This document shows positions 39,938 through 56,086 of a stretch of 64,000 nucleotides of DNA, piece after piece. Source of the stretch: Eledone cirrhosa (lineage: Eukaryota). The notes below the pieces were generated by a model that was not told where the DNA came from, searched no databases, and saw only the letters and a list, made by a program, of their open reading frames with translations. The stretch's first letter is position 1, and each line of letters opens with the position of its first letter. The DNA lies in contig OZ024743.1 of assembly GCA_964016885.1 (NCBI GenBank), forward strand, positions 240,002,001 through 240,066,000, read 5' to 3'. A program made the position numbers and the translations under genes.

Positions 39938-40393
39938 TATATATATATATATATTTCCCTTATCGAGCCCCACGTGGGTTTTTGATAACGGTCAGTCCTT
40001 GGCTTTGCACAGAACTAAATGCCTGTTGAAAAAGTGACTTCCTTGTTCGATCATCATACCAAAAGCTTAGCTTTATTTCCTTAAGCAGACAGTACTTGAT
40101 TTAGGAGTTGCAGAAACCCCTTACTGGATATTACCAACATTTCCGAGGGTCGGGTATAATTTGTAATCATATTTTATTATTATTATTATTATTATGTGTT
40201 TGGCCCGAAATGACATGATCGTTTCTATGGCTGTGTGGATAATGGTTTAACCATCGTCTCAGTGTGTTTGGCCTCTTAACTTACGTTGTTGCTCTAGAAC
40301 ACCAGCTTCTATGGAGCGCTTGCCTTACTCCTCGGAAAGTGTCTTTCGCTGATTTCCAATAGCCGAAATACGATCCTCGCTAATTTATATTTG

Positions 40394-40446
<53 letters not shown>

Positions 40447-40520
40447 GGAACAGAACTCTAGTGAGTGAACATCGTTAGTTCCCCCCCCCTCATATCAAAG
40501 ATTTGAAGGCAATTCATTAT

Positions 40521-40594
40521 TCACCTGATGAGATCAGTGATAATCGATCATGACCACACGATCGGTCTATCTCTTATAGAAACATGTGTCGCGA
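40521..40594 (+). ncRNA. Degenerate type I HHR with long stem II in a (TA)n-flanked unit (40445-40785)
   Basis: tcac-CTGATGA-gat...GAAA-CATGTG-TC-gcga; related motif at 45101-45172 (TTGATGA-gat...atc-GAAA-TATGTA-TA-gtg). Confidence 0.45.
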
Positions 40595-40783
40595 TTAAAA
40601 TGATTGGGAATTTATACCATGCCTTCGGATCTTTATTTTGATACAAATACTCCGTTTTACATCATCTAGCTGTTCCCATAAATGGAACTGGAGATATACA
40701 AAAGCGTGGAGAACTTAATATTGCTAACAAAAGTTTATTGGACCGTATGACACAACCAATAATACACCTTACTATATAACAAC

Positions 40784-40826
<43 letters not shown>

Positions 40827-41051
40827 TTTTTTTACAAATAGTATAATAGGTGGTGCTATTAAGCTAGGCATTGCCTGGGTCAGTACTGGCCGAAACCAAT
40901 TAAAATTACCAAAGTTATATATGTATATATATACAATGATATATTACTCCAGTTAACTGTTGAGTGCTCTAAATCAGTTATACACATTTATATTTGTCGG
41001 ACTTCCAACAAATTAAATACCCTTTAACTTATGTATATATATATATATATA

Positions 41052-41394
41052 TATATATAAAGAATTAATATCTAGTAACATATATATACATACAGATGCA
41101 TATCAATGCTAGCAAATATATAGGTTTTGTCTTAGTAACTTTGTGGTTCAATGCATGGGGTTGCAGAACCATAATATGAGAGACGTAAAATAAGAAAATT
41201 ATAAAATTAACTTACTTACTAAAATTTTAGTAAGTAAGTTAATTTTATAATTTTCTTATTTTACGTCTCTCATATTATCGTTCTGCAACCCCATGCATTG
41301 AACCACAAAGTTACTAAGACAAAACCTATATATTTGCTAGCATTGATATGCATCTGTATGTATATATATGTTACTAGATATTAATTCTTTATAA
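41052..41394. repeat. Near-perfect ~340-bp palindrome with no spacer
   Basis: Centre ...actaaaa|ttttagt... at 41224/41225; the right arm start is repeated again at 41748-41796. Confidence 0.92.
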
Positions 41395-41818
41395 TTATCT
41401 CCAAATTATTTGTCGAGCAATATTGGCCAAGACTGCTGCTATGGTAGCAGGCAGGCCGCTGTCTTATTAACAAACCACTTTCCACTGATTGACCTCGATG
41501 TCACGTGATTGATTCTTTTTGAATTTGCCACCGACGCAGAGGCAGTGATTTTCTCAATGGCTAGGAATTCAGTCCACGCTTTGCTATTTTCTATCCACTG
41601 AATTATTTTTTAATAAGTTTCCAGAGTCCACGCTTTGCCTGGATACTTAGCTGAGAATAGTCTTCCCTGACGACGAAATGATTCTCTATATTTTCTTCGG
41701 AAAGTATATTTATTCCATTTCAGAAACTAATTAGTTGGAAGTGAAATGTTAGTAAGTAAGTTAATTTTATAATTTACTTATTTTACGTCTCTCATATATA
41801 TATATATATATATATGTG

Positions 41819-41942
<124 letters not shown>

Positions 41943-42417
41943 TGTGGGGGGTGTTGTTGTAAATAGCATGTGTGTGTGTGTATCATTAAACCAGTGTTAA
42001 GCTAGTCAGATTATTATTCAACAGAGTACTCGATACTTGGGAAGTAGAGTGTGACTATATTATATTAGAATGACACAGAAAGGTCTGGAATTAGGGGACG
42101 AAACGACAAGAGCCTAACCGTTGGGACCCTACTATTTCTAATATACAAATATATATATATACTTAGATACACACACGCACACACGATATATATATATATA
42201 TATATTATTTCTGAAGACGGCGTATATATGAGTTAGGTATGTATATTTAATCTTGATAATTTGTATAATTTTGTATAATTTTGTACATAGATCTGTTAAA
42301 TATGCATACCAATTATAACACATGTATGCCCTAGAAACGATCGTTAAATAGTGAACTTTTTTTTTTTTTTTTTTTTTTTTGTTTAATATAAGGAATTGTT
42401 TGTTCATTATTTGTTTA

Positions 42418-42812
<395 letters not shown>

Positions 42813-43467
42813 GTGTATATAATCATATACTGAGATACAAACATATATATTTGTGAGGGGTGTATTGATATATATCAATAGAAATACATACATATAGATA
42901 TACACACATAGATACATATTCTACATAATTAATATAAGAAAATTCAATAGCCAGGACATCTCACAATGGAACAAACGTATACGAACATTGCGTACATGCG
43001 TAGAATTAGGAAACGACCCACACATATACAACCATACGTACCTGCATATATAAATATAGATAAATAAATATTCTTTTAAAGTGTGTATATATAATTTTGG
43101 CAGACGACACATTTCCCACAATGCTCAGCGGTTAGTAACGTGTGGCTTTCAATATCCGATCAAGGAAACGGATCATGTGCCAATCTAGAAAAATACACAC
43201 ACGCGCAAACACACACACAACCACACACACCCACCCACACACCCGTAGAACAGCTACACAGGCGCGTGTAAACACACACATGCGCAACAGCTACACGCAA
43301 GCAGGTACACTAACATACACAAAATATATATTATACGGCAGAGAAATTTTTATAAAATGGGTTGGGGAATCAAACAAAATGAGGGGAAAATATGTTGAAT
43401 AGGTGCTTTGGTCACGTGACATTTTCATATTGTGTGAAGCATTTGTTGATCCTTATTGTTAGCATTA

Positions 43468-43522
<55 letters not shown>

Positions 43523-44180
43523 TAGAATGCATTGAATGGATATAAGGGAAAGGAAAATTCATAGTCTTTAATGCTGGTTTTCGATGGTCAATCGTGGTGT
43601 AATTTGAAGATGCAGACTTTGAGCCAACGTTCTTTTGTTCAATGATATAATAAACAACCTTAAGCTAGGTACACTATAGGTTGTTATTTTTTATAAACTT
43701 CTAATGTATTTTTCTCCCTTCTATTACAAATATGGGGGTACATTTAAAAGGTGTATTGTTGTTCTATATGATGTGTCACTTGGTAACAATGACTTTTATA
43801 AACACATCACTTCTATATTTATGTAATATCGGTCCTGGTCAATAAATTTTGAATAATGAAAGGTTAATTAAAAAAAACTGGAAGCTTCTACATAGTCACT
43901 TGACCTTCTAGAAAGAGTAGCCAAATTCCCTTCAATCACCTACCAATCTTTTAGTGGGTAAGAACACATGAACATAATATATCTGAATATATGTATATAT
44001 ATGTCTATATATCTTAAGTATTTCCATAGAAAATGTAAAGGATAGAAGAGTGCTCTATGTATAGTACAGAGCCATTTAATTATATCATAAACAACATATT
44101 ATAATCGTCTAGTTTCTTGAAATCATTGGTAATGGAATAATTGTACAGAGTTGTTTATTATGTAATTAAATAAGTAAATT

Positions 44181-44261
<81 letters not shown>

Positions 44262-44268
<7 letters not shown>

Positions 44269-44502
44269 GTTTGTATTTGTAAAGAGCCAAAACAATGCAG
44301 GTATGGACATAGAATAAAAATGCAAATGCAAAATATATTGTTGACAATTAGTCTTTTACCTTAAATTTATTTAAATAAGTTTAATGCTGGTTTAAATAAA
44401 TTTAAGGTAAAAGACTAATTGTCAACAATATCTTTTGCATTTGCATTTTTATTCTATGTCCATACCTGCATTGTTTTGGCTTTACAAATACAAACGTTTA
44501 TA
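44262..44502. repeat. Fold-back inverted repeat (arms ~112 bp)
   Basis: 44262-44376 versus 44391-44502. Confidence 0.9.
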
Positions 44503-44562
44503 CCTCATTACACAATGCTTCAAGTGAACTATAACTTCCTCCATATATATATATATATATAT

Positions 44563-44912
44563 ATATAGTGAAATAAGATAACAAGGACGATTGGTTACTC
44601 CTTCATTACGTTTGGTTGGTGACGCGCGTTTCACTGATCAGCTCAAGGTTCGAACTGTATCGATCTGACCCGACTCTGTAATCTGTAGCTCGTCAGACCC
44701 CTAGTAATGTTAATAAGATCGAACCTTGAGCTGATCAGTGACGAAACGCGCGTCACCAAACAAAAAAAAAAGCAATGAAGGAGAACCAATCGTCCTTGTT
44801 ATCTTATTTCACTATAATACACTCTTTCTAGCTCTACACCTCGACACTGAAGTGAACCTAAACATCGAGTGCTCACCAGGGTGAACCTACAGAAACTCTA
44901 AGTTACACTCCC

Positions 44913-44915
<3 letters not shown>
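44563..44915 (+). mobile_element. PLE-type unit with inverted pLTR and HHR-like GAAACGCGCGTC
   Basis: 44563-44653 versus 44719-44815; CTGATCA-gtgac-GAAA-CGCGCG-TC. Confidence 0.6.
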
Positions 44916-44961
<46 letters not shown>

Positions 44962-45382
44962 TGCATACATTGCTATCGATATAACAACGTATTTGCAGGC
45001 TGTCCTTGAATCGAATTTTCTATTTTCTATTTTTCCCTATATCCTATCTTCCATTATATGCTTGGGTTTAACGTAATCCTGTTACATAATTCTGTAGATG
45101 ACAATTGATGAGATCACCTTATCTTACATCATAATCGGATGATGGAGCTCGCCCATCGAAATATGTATAGTGATTTCGCGGAATTAAAATTCTAAAGTAT
45201 ATTTTCCAGTCTGGCCTTCTGTTATTGTTTCCATGAACACTTTACTCTGTTCCTGCTCAAAACACTGGATACCACATCTGCGATGGAGGACATGCATAAT
45301 GTTGAGTGCTTTAATTAATTTGTTGCATCATCGTTTACCAATCTGAACCACCAGTTCTACCCATTGGTAAAGAAGTTAACAG

Positions 45383-45439
<57 letters not shown>

Positions 45440-45895
45440 CATTATGTATAAACAATTTGGGTAGTTTTTGAAACTCTTAGAAATTCTAGTAACACCAAAC
45501 GCAGAGAATTACTAATAATTGTTTCTACTTTAGGCACAAGGCCAGCAATTACCCAGTGCATTACTGGTACTTTATTTTATCGACTCCGTAAGGATGAAAG
45601 ACAAAGTCAACCTCGACGGGATTTGAACTCAGATCGTAAAGAGACGTAACTATGATGGAAAGCATGGCGTCCGACCCTCTACTGATACTGCCAATCCACC
45701 GCAGAGAATTGCTAATAATAGTCAAATACTACATTTTTCCGTGTATTTTATCGGATTATCTAAGGTATTACCAATCGACTGTGGTTACAATTATTATATG
45801 CGTTTGGGATGCCTAAAATTTCTAACGATCTCAATACACACACTCATATATATATACATATATATATATACAGAAAAAATATATATACTCATACT

Positions 45896-45982
<87 letters not shown>

Positions 45983-45996
45983 GTATATATATATAT

Positions 45997-48330
45997 GGAC
46001 CAGAACCAACCGTCCTGATAACTTCGATGTCACGATGGGGTCCAGTGACTCAGCGCAAGCAACTGACCTGATCGGGATATACCTCCTACATAAGCTTAGG
46101 GAAGAAATACCGGCCCTACAAGGAGGTGTATATAGGGACGACGCCCTGTTTACCGTTAGGAACCATAGCCCCCGTAGGATAGAGAACCTTAACAAACATA
46201 TACACAGGTTCTTTAAGTCATACGGCCTATCCGTAACTATGGACCTCAACCACAGGGTTGTCAACTTCCTGGACGTGACCCTGGAGTTGAGTACGGGCTT
46301 ATACAAGCCATACCATAAGCCTGGAGAGTGCCTCTCTTATATTAATTATGCCTCCAACCAGCCTAAGCAGACTCTCAACTCCATAGTCTATAGTATCTCA
46401 CATAGAATCTCGAGGCTATCCGCCAATGAGGATATCTTCAACCAAGCGGCTGATTACTACAATAGGGCCCTGATAAGCGCCGGCTTTAACCGAGGAATTT
46501 CCTACATCCCTAACGCTAGCTCTAGAAACCACCCCCCTCATAAAACTAACGTTATAGTAAGCCATACATATAACCGATCACGCGGCGACCTCGTTGAAGT
46601 CGGATATAATAGAATAGATAACCGCACCAAAGATCACGTCCCCGGCGACGGTGAACACTGTAGATTACTCAAACTATTCCCCTATTACAAAAGGCGACGG
46701 CCTACTACCAACGCCTTACAACCAACATCTTCGTGTACATAAACATGGAAGAGGTAGAAAGAGTCCACCCGAACATAAAGTGAAAGGGGCACCGAACGGG
46801 CGACTGCGCATTAACACACATAAGAGCGGTCACTTAGATGGAACCACCCGTAGCAAAAGTACAAGGACACGTAATCGCCACCGTAACGTCCTATGGAGTA
46901 TGGCCTCCAACATACCCCGGATGTTCTTCGAAGCCTTAGAGAAGAACTTCCCGCCCAACTATAGGTATAGAAAAATTCTTAATAGGAACAATATAAAAAA
47001 TAGCCTTCTCTACTACTCCTAACCTAGCAGACATCATAGGAACAACGAACCACAGTAAGATCACCAAGACACAGCACCTCGACACAGACGCACTTACACC
47101 TGACAATAATTATATCGGCCTTAACAACTCCCTGGCAGCATCCAATAGTGTTGGCAACGGCATCCGCAGACGCAACCAGAATGACCGCGAAGTGACTGGG
47201 GAACATGCAGGACATGACGTGCGGAATAACAATCGCACCATCCCGCGTGCTGTGGGTTGTAATTGTGCTAACGACAGCTGCGGTAGCGTAGGTAACAACG
47301 TAGGCAGCAACAATGAGAGCCTTACCGTGGGAAATAGACGGAACCGCGACAGAAATTGCAACTGCCGCGACAGAGGACGCTGTACCCTTAGAGGATACTG
47401 CTTGACTGATAGGGTTATATATAGATGCACTATTACTAGCCACAATAGCGTTAAACATTATATAGGGGCCACCTCCGGCCCGTTCAAAATTAGGTTTCGA
47501 ACACATCTCCACTCTTTCACAAATAGAAAACTAAGGCACTCCACTTCGCTCGCAGACTACATCACATCACTAAAGGACTTAAACATCAGCTTCTCCACGC
47601 ACTGGGAGATTGTCGGCAGGGCTGCACCGTACAACTTCAAGAGGAAATGCGATCTTTGCCTCATAGAGCTCTACCACATCATAACTGCACCCCACGAGCT
47701 CATCAACAGCAGAGCTGAAACAGCGATAAGTTGTACACATCGCTTAAAAATATCCTTCTTCAGATGGGTTAAGGATGAAGAGTGAAATAGTACACTGGAT
47801 CTCCCTGCAACAAGTCTTAACACCCCGGCGGGCATGCGCTGCAAAATAACACCCAGAAAACAATCCTTGCATACCAGACCCAACCTCAGACAAACGGATG
47901 CGGCAAAAAAAAGAAGAAAAAAAATTTGCCCGGGAAAGACTGCCCTAACACCGGACAGAGTTACCTCCCTTGACCTGCTGCAAAATCAAAACAAGATATT
48001 TTTGCGAGCAATGAACCTTGATGTAGATTTAACCCCCAAAACGCTTTCCGAGCAATATAAGGAACACTTGTGATTATTTATGCCCTTGAGAAGTCCAACT
48101 GGGCGAAACGAACGTAGGTGATATTATAAATAAACATGTTTTAACGGTCTATTCTCCGATTTTTTACTTTCCCACGTGCTTACGCTCTGCTAACTCTCTA
48201 GCCCACTAAATATTAACACTCGAATATTTAATACTGCCGGCACTAGTATCGAGCACCTTTGGCATACGCTACTTGGCAAATAACTATATGTATCACCTAT
48301 CCCCCCTTTTTTTCTCTTTCTCGATACGTA
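45997..48330 (+). mobile_element. 5'-truncated PLE (RT, long linker, GIY-YIG, 3' UTR), frameshifted
   Basis: [35 protein letters not shown]; CNCRDRGRCTLRGYCL..VIYRC..HYIGAT..CDLC. Confidence 0.93.
48081..48120 (+). ncRNA. Type I HHR with U3:A8 core variant
   Basis: tgccc-TTGAGAA-GTCC aact GGGC-GAAA-CGAACG-TA-ggtg. Confidence 0.65.
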
Positions 48331-48332
48331 AA

Positions 48333-48406
<74 letters not shown>

Positions 48407-48613
48407 ATACATACATATATATATATATATATATACATAAAAAAATGTATACATATATATATATACATACATATATATACACATACATATGTACACATAC
48501 ATATATATATACATATATACACACATACATATGTACATATATATATACATACATATATACATATATATATACATACATATATACATATATATATACATAC
48601 ATATATACATATA

Positions 48614-49214
48614 TATGAAAACTATGGGGAGAAGAATACTGCATGGTTGCACATGGATTACATGTTATAAAATGAGTCCCTCATCAGTGATTTGCCAACG
48701 ACCATTGGTATTTCATCGCATTAAAAATCATATACCTCACGTTGGAGCGATAATAACTAAAATAAGTTATTAGGACAATTGAAACGCGTAAAGCGAATGA
48801 GACAAGTAAACAACACAGGGAAAAGCTAACCGAAGATAGAAAGAAACACAAGCAACATGGTTATTCTGTCAGTATAAGCTGGGTGAATACATGTGCGAGT
48901 AAGACACAGACCTTCCGCTAGTGAATCCGATGTAAGAAAGAAGGAAAATCGTTTTCGTAGCGAACGGGAGGAAGTAAGAAGGGGAGAAACAGAGAGTGAG
49001 TGAGTGGAAGGGCGAGGAAGAGGTCAATAGAAAGTGTTAACTGACATGACAGAGGGGACGAAAGAAAGTAAGAGAAACAGAGAGAACGAGGGAGCAGTAA
49101 GAGAGAAAGAGAGAAACACAGAATCGCAGTTTAGGTAAATATATGTGAAAAATATGGGGAGAAGAATACTGCATGGTTGCACATGGATTACATGTTATAA
49201 AATGAGTCCCTCAT
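48614..49214 (-). mobile_element. Retrozyme-like unit (period 530), partial terminal repeat
   Basis: Homologous to 29539-30336; 48614-48684 is repeated at 49143-49214. Confidence 0.85.
48676..48745 (-). ncRNA. Permuted/pseudoknotted hammerhead-like ribozyme
   Basis: CCAACG-tga-GGTAT-A-TGATTT-ttaatgcgat-GAA-ATACC-aat-gg-t-CGTTGG-c-AAATCA-CTGATGA-gggac. Confidence 0.7.
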
Positions 49215-49255
49215 ATATACATATATATACATACAATATATATACATATATATAT

Positions 49256-51566
<2,311 letters not shown>

Positions 51567-51707
51567 GCACAAATACATGTTTATATATGTATATATTTCG
51601 CCCAAATGAGAACAAGGGATTCAATTAGCTCAAGTCAAAAGCAAAAAAAAAATTTTTTTTTAGTATGTTTTTTTTCTTTCTCTGTTTCTTACTAACTATT
51701 ATACAGT

Positions 51708-51767
51708 TACATCTCTGATGATATCCTCGGGTTCATACGTAACCTGGCCACTGAAATGTGCATAGTA
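51708..51767 (+). ncRNA. Possible type I HHR
   Basis: CTGATGA...GAAA-TGTGCA-TA; stems I and II pair poorly. Confidence 0.4.
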
Positions 51768-52422
51768 TTTTCAGTAATAAAATCTAATGGAATACAACCT
51801 GTCCCACATCCTGTCATTTTACCCTACAATATATATATATATTAATTTTTTGCATTCGTTTATTTTTAAGTTTAACACTCGTTAAATTAGATACTTTAAA
51901 TTTTAAATGTCATCCACGGCAAGTGGTCAGATATCTTCTTATCCTTAGCAGATTGACTGTTGTCTAGTTGTCTAGACTCCTAACATTTAACTCTTAACGT
52001 CTGAAATTTGAAAATTCTTTTCGGGTTGTGAAATTTTAAATATTTTCTATGATAAGTTATGTTAACCATAGCAGAAGGGAACTTTCTCGCTTCGGGGTGT
52101 TTATCCCGTCATATACGGATGGCGGGTTCAAATGCACCGAAATCCTACTGGTTGCCAAAGCTAGCAGTAAATTTTGGCTGGCTTGAACTCCATATCGAGT
52201 TGCCGGTCGAGGAGGTGGGAGATTGGCGGATAGAGAGAACATAGAAGGTTGGTAGTATTCTGGGTGTAGGTGAAGGGGTCAGCCACCCACACACCCCTGC
52301 GACATGCGCAGAGATGTCTGGATACGAGAAGAGGACGGACACCCAAAGCAAAAACACACTTTTTTAGTCCGCTCCCTTCCAAATAAAATTGCCTCAGAAA
52401 TGTTACCTCTTAATCAATTTTT

Positions 52423-52472
52423 GCTGTCTGAAGAGATCACGATGTTATCGTCATTGAAATATATATAACGGC
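52423..52472 (+). ncRNA. Canonical type I hammerhead ribozyme
   Basis: GCTGT-CTGAAGA-GAT c ACGAT gtt ATCGT c ATT-GAA-ATATATAT-A-ACGGC. Confidence 0.82.
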
Positions 52473-52519
52473 TCAACTAATAAAGGACTCTAACACCTTC
52501 AACTTCACATTTTCATCTT

Positions 52520-52598
<79 letters not shown>

Positions 52599-52795
52599 TT
52601 ATGAGTGTATAACTCTACATTTTATTTGAATTTCGACTTCTAGATGTGCTAACAAGTTGGGTGAATTTAGGCTATTATTTCTAGCCGTTTTACAATCCAC
52701 CCACACCACTTGAAACGTCGAACACACGAGGTAATTCATTACCTCGTGTTTATTTAGTTTACCTACTCTCATAGATGTTTGTTGCTTATGATCTC

Positions 52796-52884
52796 ATCTC
52801 CCGCTGAGGACGGCCGTCGGATTATCTGTTACAAACACAACTTTTCAGGGCGAAACAGATCAATCTTTAATATGTCCGGGAGAT
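52796..52884 (+). ncRNA. Type I hammerhead ribozyme with 8-bp stem I
   Basis: ATCTCCCG-CTGAGGA-..gcc...ggc-GAAACA...TGTC-CGGGAGAT. Confidence 0.78.
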
Positions 52885-53649
52885 AATAGTTATTGAAACG
52901 GTCAGTACATTTTGATTTATCTTGTATTTTCCATTTGATTCAGAGTTTATATTCGTCAAACCAACGTGGTCTTACTACCCTTGTAATTGACAATAAGGCT
53001 AAGACAGCGTTAAGCATAAAGGGGTGTATATTGAAGCATCTACTATATATTTATATGAAATAAACATAGGAGAGGCGTTCTTAAAGAAAACGCTTTATTT
53101 CACGTTGCTCCAGTCCACTCAGCAAACAGGAATTGTACCTATAATTCAAGAGATCAGCCACATCCTACACAGTATCGCAATGAATTTCCTTCAGAAATAC
53201 ATTAATGTTGCATGAATTCGCGGAATGCTCAGCAACATACACGTTAATTTTAGTAGTGGCAGTTCCTTTGGTTGTAAGAATCCGAAGCACTGGTTGCCTG
53301 AAACGACGGTAATCGAATAACACATATATATACAGATATAAAGTGCGTCTGTGTGTATGTACGTGCTGGTGTTTGTGTGCATGATTGTATCTATAGAAGA
53401 AACACAAAGGAAAAGATCGTCAGATCAGACGAAGCAAATATTGTTTCTGTTTCTGTTTCCATAGCTTATTCTATCTGCTAGTGACAACTACTGTTAGAAG
53501 GATCCGCATGAATTACATATCTTGCTCACGACCTTATAATTGTTAATCTAAAACCTTAACCACAAAGTTAGGTGTGATAAACTAGATGTATCTATAGAAT
53601 ATATATCTAAAAAAGTCTAAAGTCTGTCTTAAGCCAGAAAGCTCATTTG

Positions 53650-53815
53650 GCCGGTGCTTATCCCGGTTTCATGCCGTGTAGCGACTGAGGGTATGACTCC
53701 CCACCTGAACAGGAGGCCAGTTGATCGCAAGGTTAAACATTTTCAGCTGAGCATACTGGAAATGAAGTGTTTTGCTCAAGAACACAACACGCAACCCAGG
53801 AATCGAACCCATGAC
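53650..53815 (-). mobile_element. CORE/V-type SINE fragment
   Basis: aagtgttttgctcaagaacacaac..ggaatcgaaccc (B-box on - strand); similar remnants at 1370-1450 and 10430-10500. Confidence 0.5.
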
Positions 53816-53821
53816 ATTATG

Positions 53822-53860
<39 letters not shown>

Positions 53861-54148
53861 ATAACTAGCAGAATGGCCCGGTGTTGCTCAGGATTTGCTC
53901 TAGGGTTCTTAAATATTTGATATATATTTATCCTTATCGAGCCTCGTGAAATAAATACGTTTGTTTATAGTTTGTTATTGTATATGCAAAAATATCTGTA
54001 CACGAATATATAATTATATATATATATGTATAAAAATAACAGATTAAAGTTTAAGCAGAGAATTGCTGCTTTCACCCCTAACGGGATCTTCTGAAACTAA
54101 AATAATCAATCTGTGAACGCAGAATTAAATATTTCGACAAATGTTACA

Positions 54149-54239
<91 letters not shown>

Positions 54240-54530
54240 GCGTCATAATGTCGTAGTGCAGAGAGCTAGACATACAGACAGATATTTTAAGGGCGTAAAG
54301 TTATATCTATGTATCTATCTAAAAAGAAAGACTAAGAGAGAGATCGAGAGATCGCTTTTTCGCCTAATGCGGTCCCTAGGGCATTGAAAATTTGAAATTC
54401 TTTTGCTCAAAACACCCACAGGACCATAAGTATTACATGTGTAAAGTTTGAAAACAATCCGTTCGGTGGTTCTCGAGTTTTAGGGAGTCAGACAGAGAAA
54501 CAGACATTCTCTGTTTTAGATATATAGATA

Positions 54531-55338
54531 ACTAGCAGCAATACCCAGCGTTGCCTGAGTAGGTAAAATAATATCTGCTTTGATGAAAAGGTGTTGATCT
54601 TAGCGACTGCTTCTCGATGACTCATCTATGGCCACACACAGGCCATGCGGGGGAGGGTCGTGATGACCTCAATCACTGAGAAACGCGGGTGACTGACGAA
54701 GGGGCATGCTGGGGGAGGGGGCTAATGACCACTAACACTAAGCCAAATTTCCTCACGCTACTTGATTGGAAACCGATGAATTCTCAAATACACAACTAAA
54801 AGCTCAGATGACGTTAGTAGCCATCGTTTTGCCTTTGACCATCTATAAGATTTGCAATGATAGGTTCTATCGTAGTATAAAAGTTGAACCAAATAAATTG
54901 ATTTATGTGTGGGGTGGAGCCGAAGTTTCGAATTTGAACGAAATCGGTTGAAATATGCCGGAGCTAGAGCCGAAAAAGTGGAAATTTGAGTCTAAAAGTG
55001 GTATTTTTGAATATTTAAGCGGCTGCCACGCCGTCCCTGAACAACAAATACAAAATATAAAGCCATTACAGGATGTGCAATGATAAATTCTATTTTGCTT
55101 TAAAATTTGAACGAAATCGGTGGCAAAATGTGCGATCTAGAGCCAAAAATCTCATTTTTATCTGAAGAATGATCCCAGAATAAAAAAAAAACAAACACTG
55201 ATATATAGAAAACACTACTCGATGACTAATCTATGGGCCTGTAAAGTTTCATGAAAATCGGTCGCAAGATGTAGGCCCCTATAGGTAATACACAGACACA
55301 CACACACACACATACTTAATTTTATATATATACAGATA
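54531..55338 (-). mobile_element. Non-autonomous Helitron-like element (partial neighbour at 54250-54529)
   Basis: actagcagcaatacccagcgttgcctgagt end and aagtttcatgaaaatcgg..(CA)n..ttttatatatatacagat end, as in the 22.9-27 kb element. Confidence 0.7.
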
Positions 55339-55339
55339 A

Positions 55340-55635
55340 ATGTGAAGACTAAAATCCGAAGAGGGCTCAATAAGGATAATATATATATAAAATATATCAA
55401 AAAATATATAAAACCGTAGAACAAATATTTATTAAAATAACAGATTAAAGTTTAAGCAAAGAATCGGTGCTTTAACCCTTAACGGGATCTTCTGAAACTA
55501 AAAAAAAAATGAATCTGTGGACGCAGAAGGAAATATTTCGAAAAACGTTGCAACAGAAAGAAAACAGGAAGACGATACTTAATTTTAAATACGTCTTCCT
55601 GCTAGGTACGGGTATGTTCTTTGCAGAAATAGTTA
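55340..55635 (-). mobile_element. Family B pLTR
   Basis: Reverse complement of 17965-18180. Confidence 0.8.
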
Positions 55636-55654
55636 GGTGTTGTTTCTGCATGTT

Positions 55655-55710
<56 letters not shown>

Positions 55711-55789
55711 AAAAATGGAACGGGAACAAAACAGAGAGGCAGTACGAACAAAGGTTTATTAGTTTCACGCTCTTGAGAGTTGGGGGGGG

Positions 55790-55825
55790 GGGGGCATTTC
55801 GGGCATAAGCCCTTCTTCAGGCGAA
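55790..55825 (-). ncRNA. Partial HHR in a purine-rich non-coding unit (55705-56165)
   Basis: CTGAAGA-a-GGGC ttat GCCC-GAAA; stem III is disrupted by a C run. Confidence 0.45.
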
Positions 55826-56055
55826 AAGTGGGTGGGAAGACAGTTCCGAGGGTGTGTAGGGGAGGAGTGGAGGAGAGACATTTAGAAAAAAGGGGGGAGA
55901 GGAAAGGGAGTAAAAACGGTGGAAAGGGTACAAATAAAAATTGAAAAAATAAAAATAAAAATAAACATGAAGATAAACAAGTGGTGGAAGGGTATGGGGC
56001 GTGTAGGGGGGAGGGAGGCTGGGTGTCCGAGCGGGGAGGGCTGAAGGTGGTGTAC

Positions 56056-56086
<31 letters not shown>

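Noticed and set aside
40858-40892. 5S rRNA-like internal segment
   Set aside because: Too short and degenerate; no flanking 5S sequence.
45997-47785. Naiad-type selenoprotein PLE
   Set aside because: GIY-YIG is C-terminal, and the ORF breaks look like ordinary frameshifts rather than conserved in-frame UGA codons.
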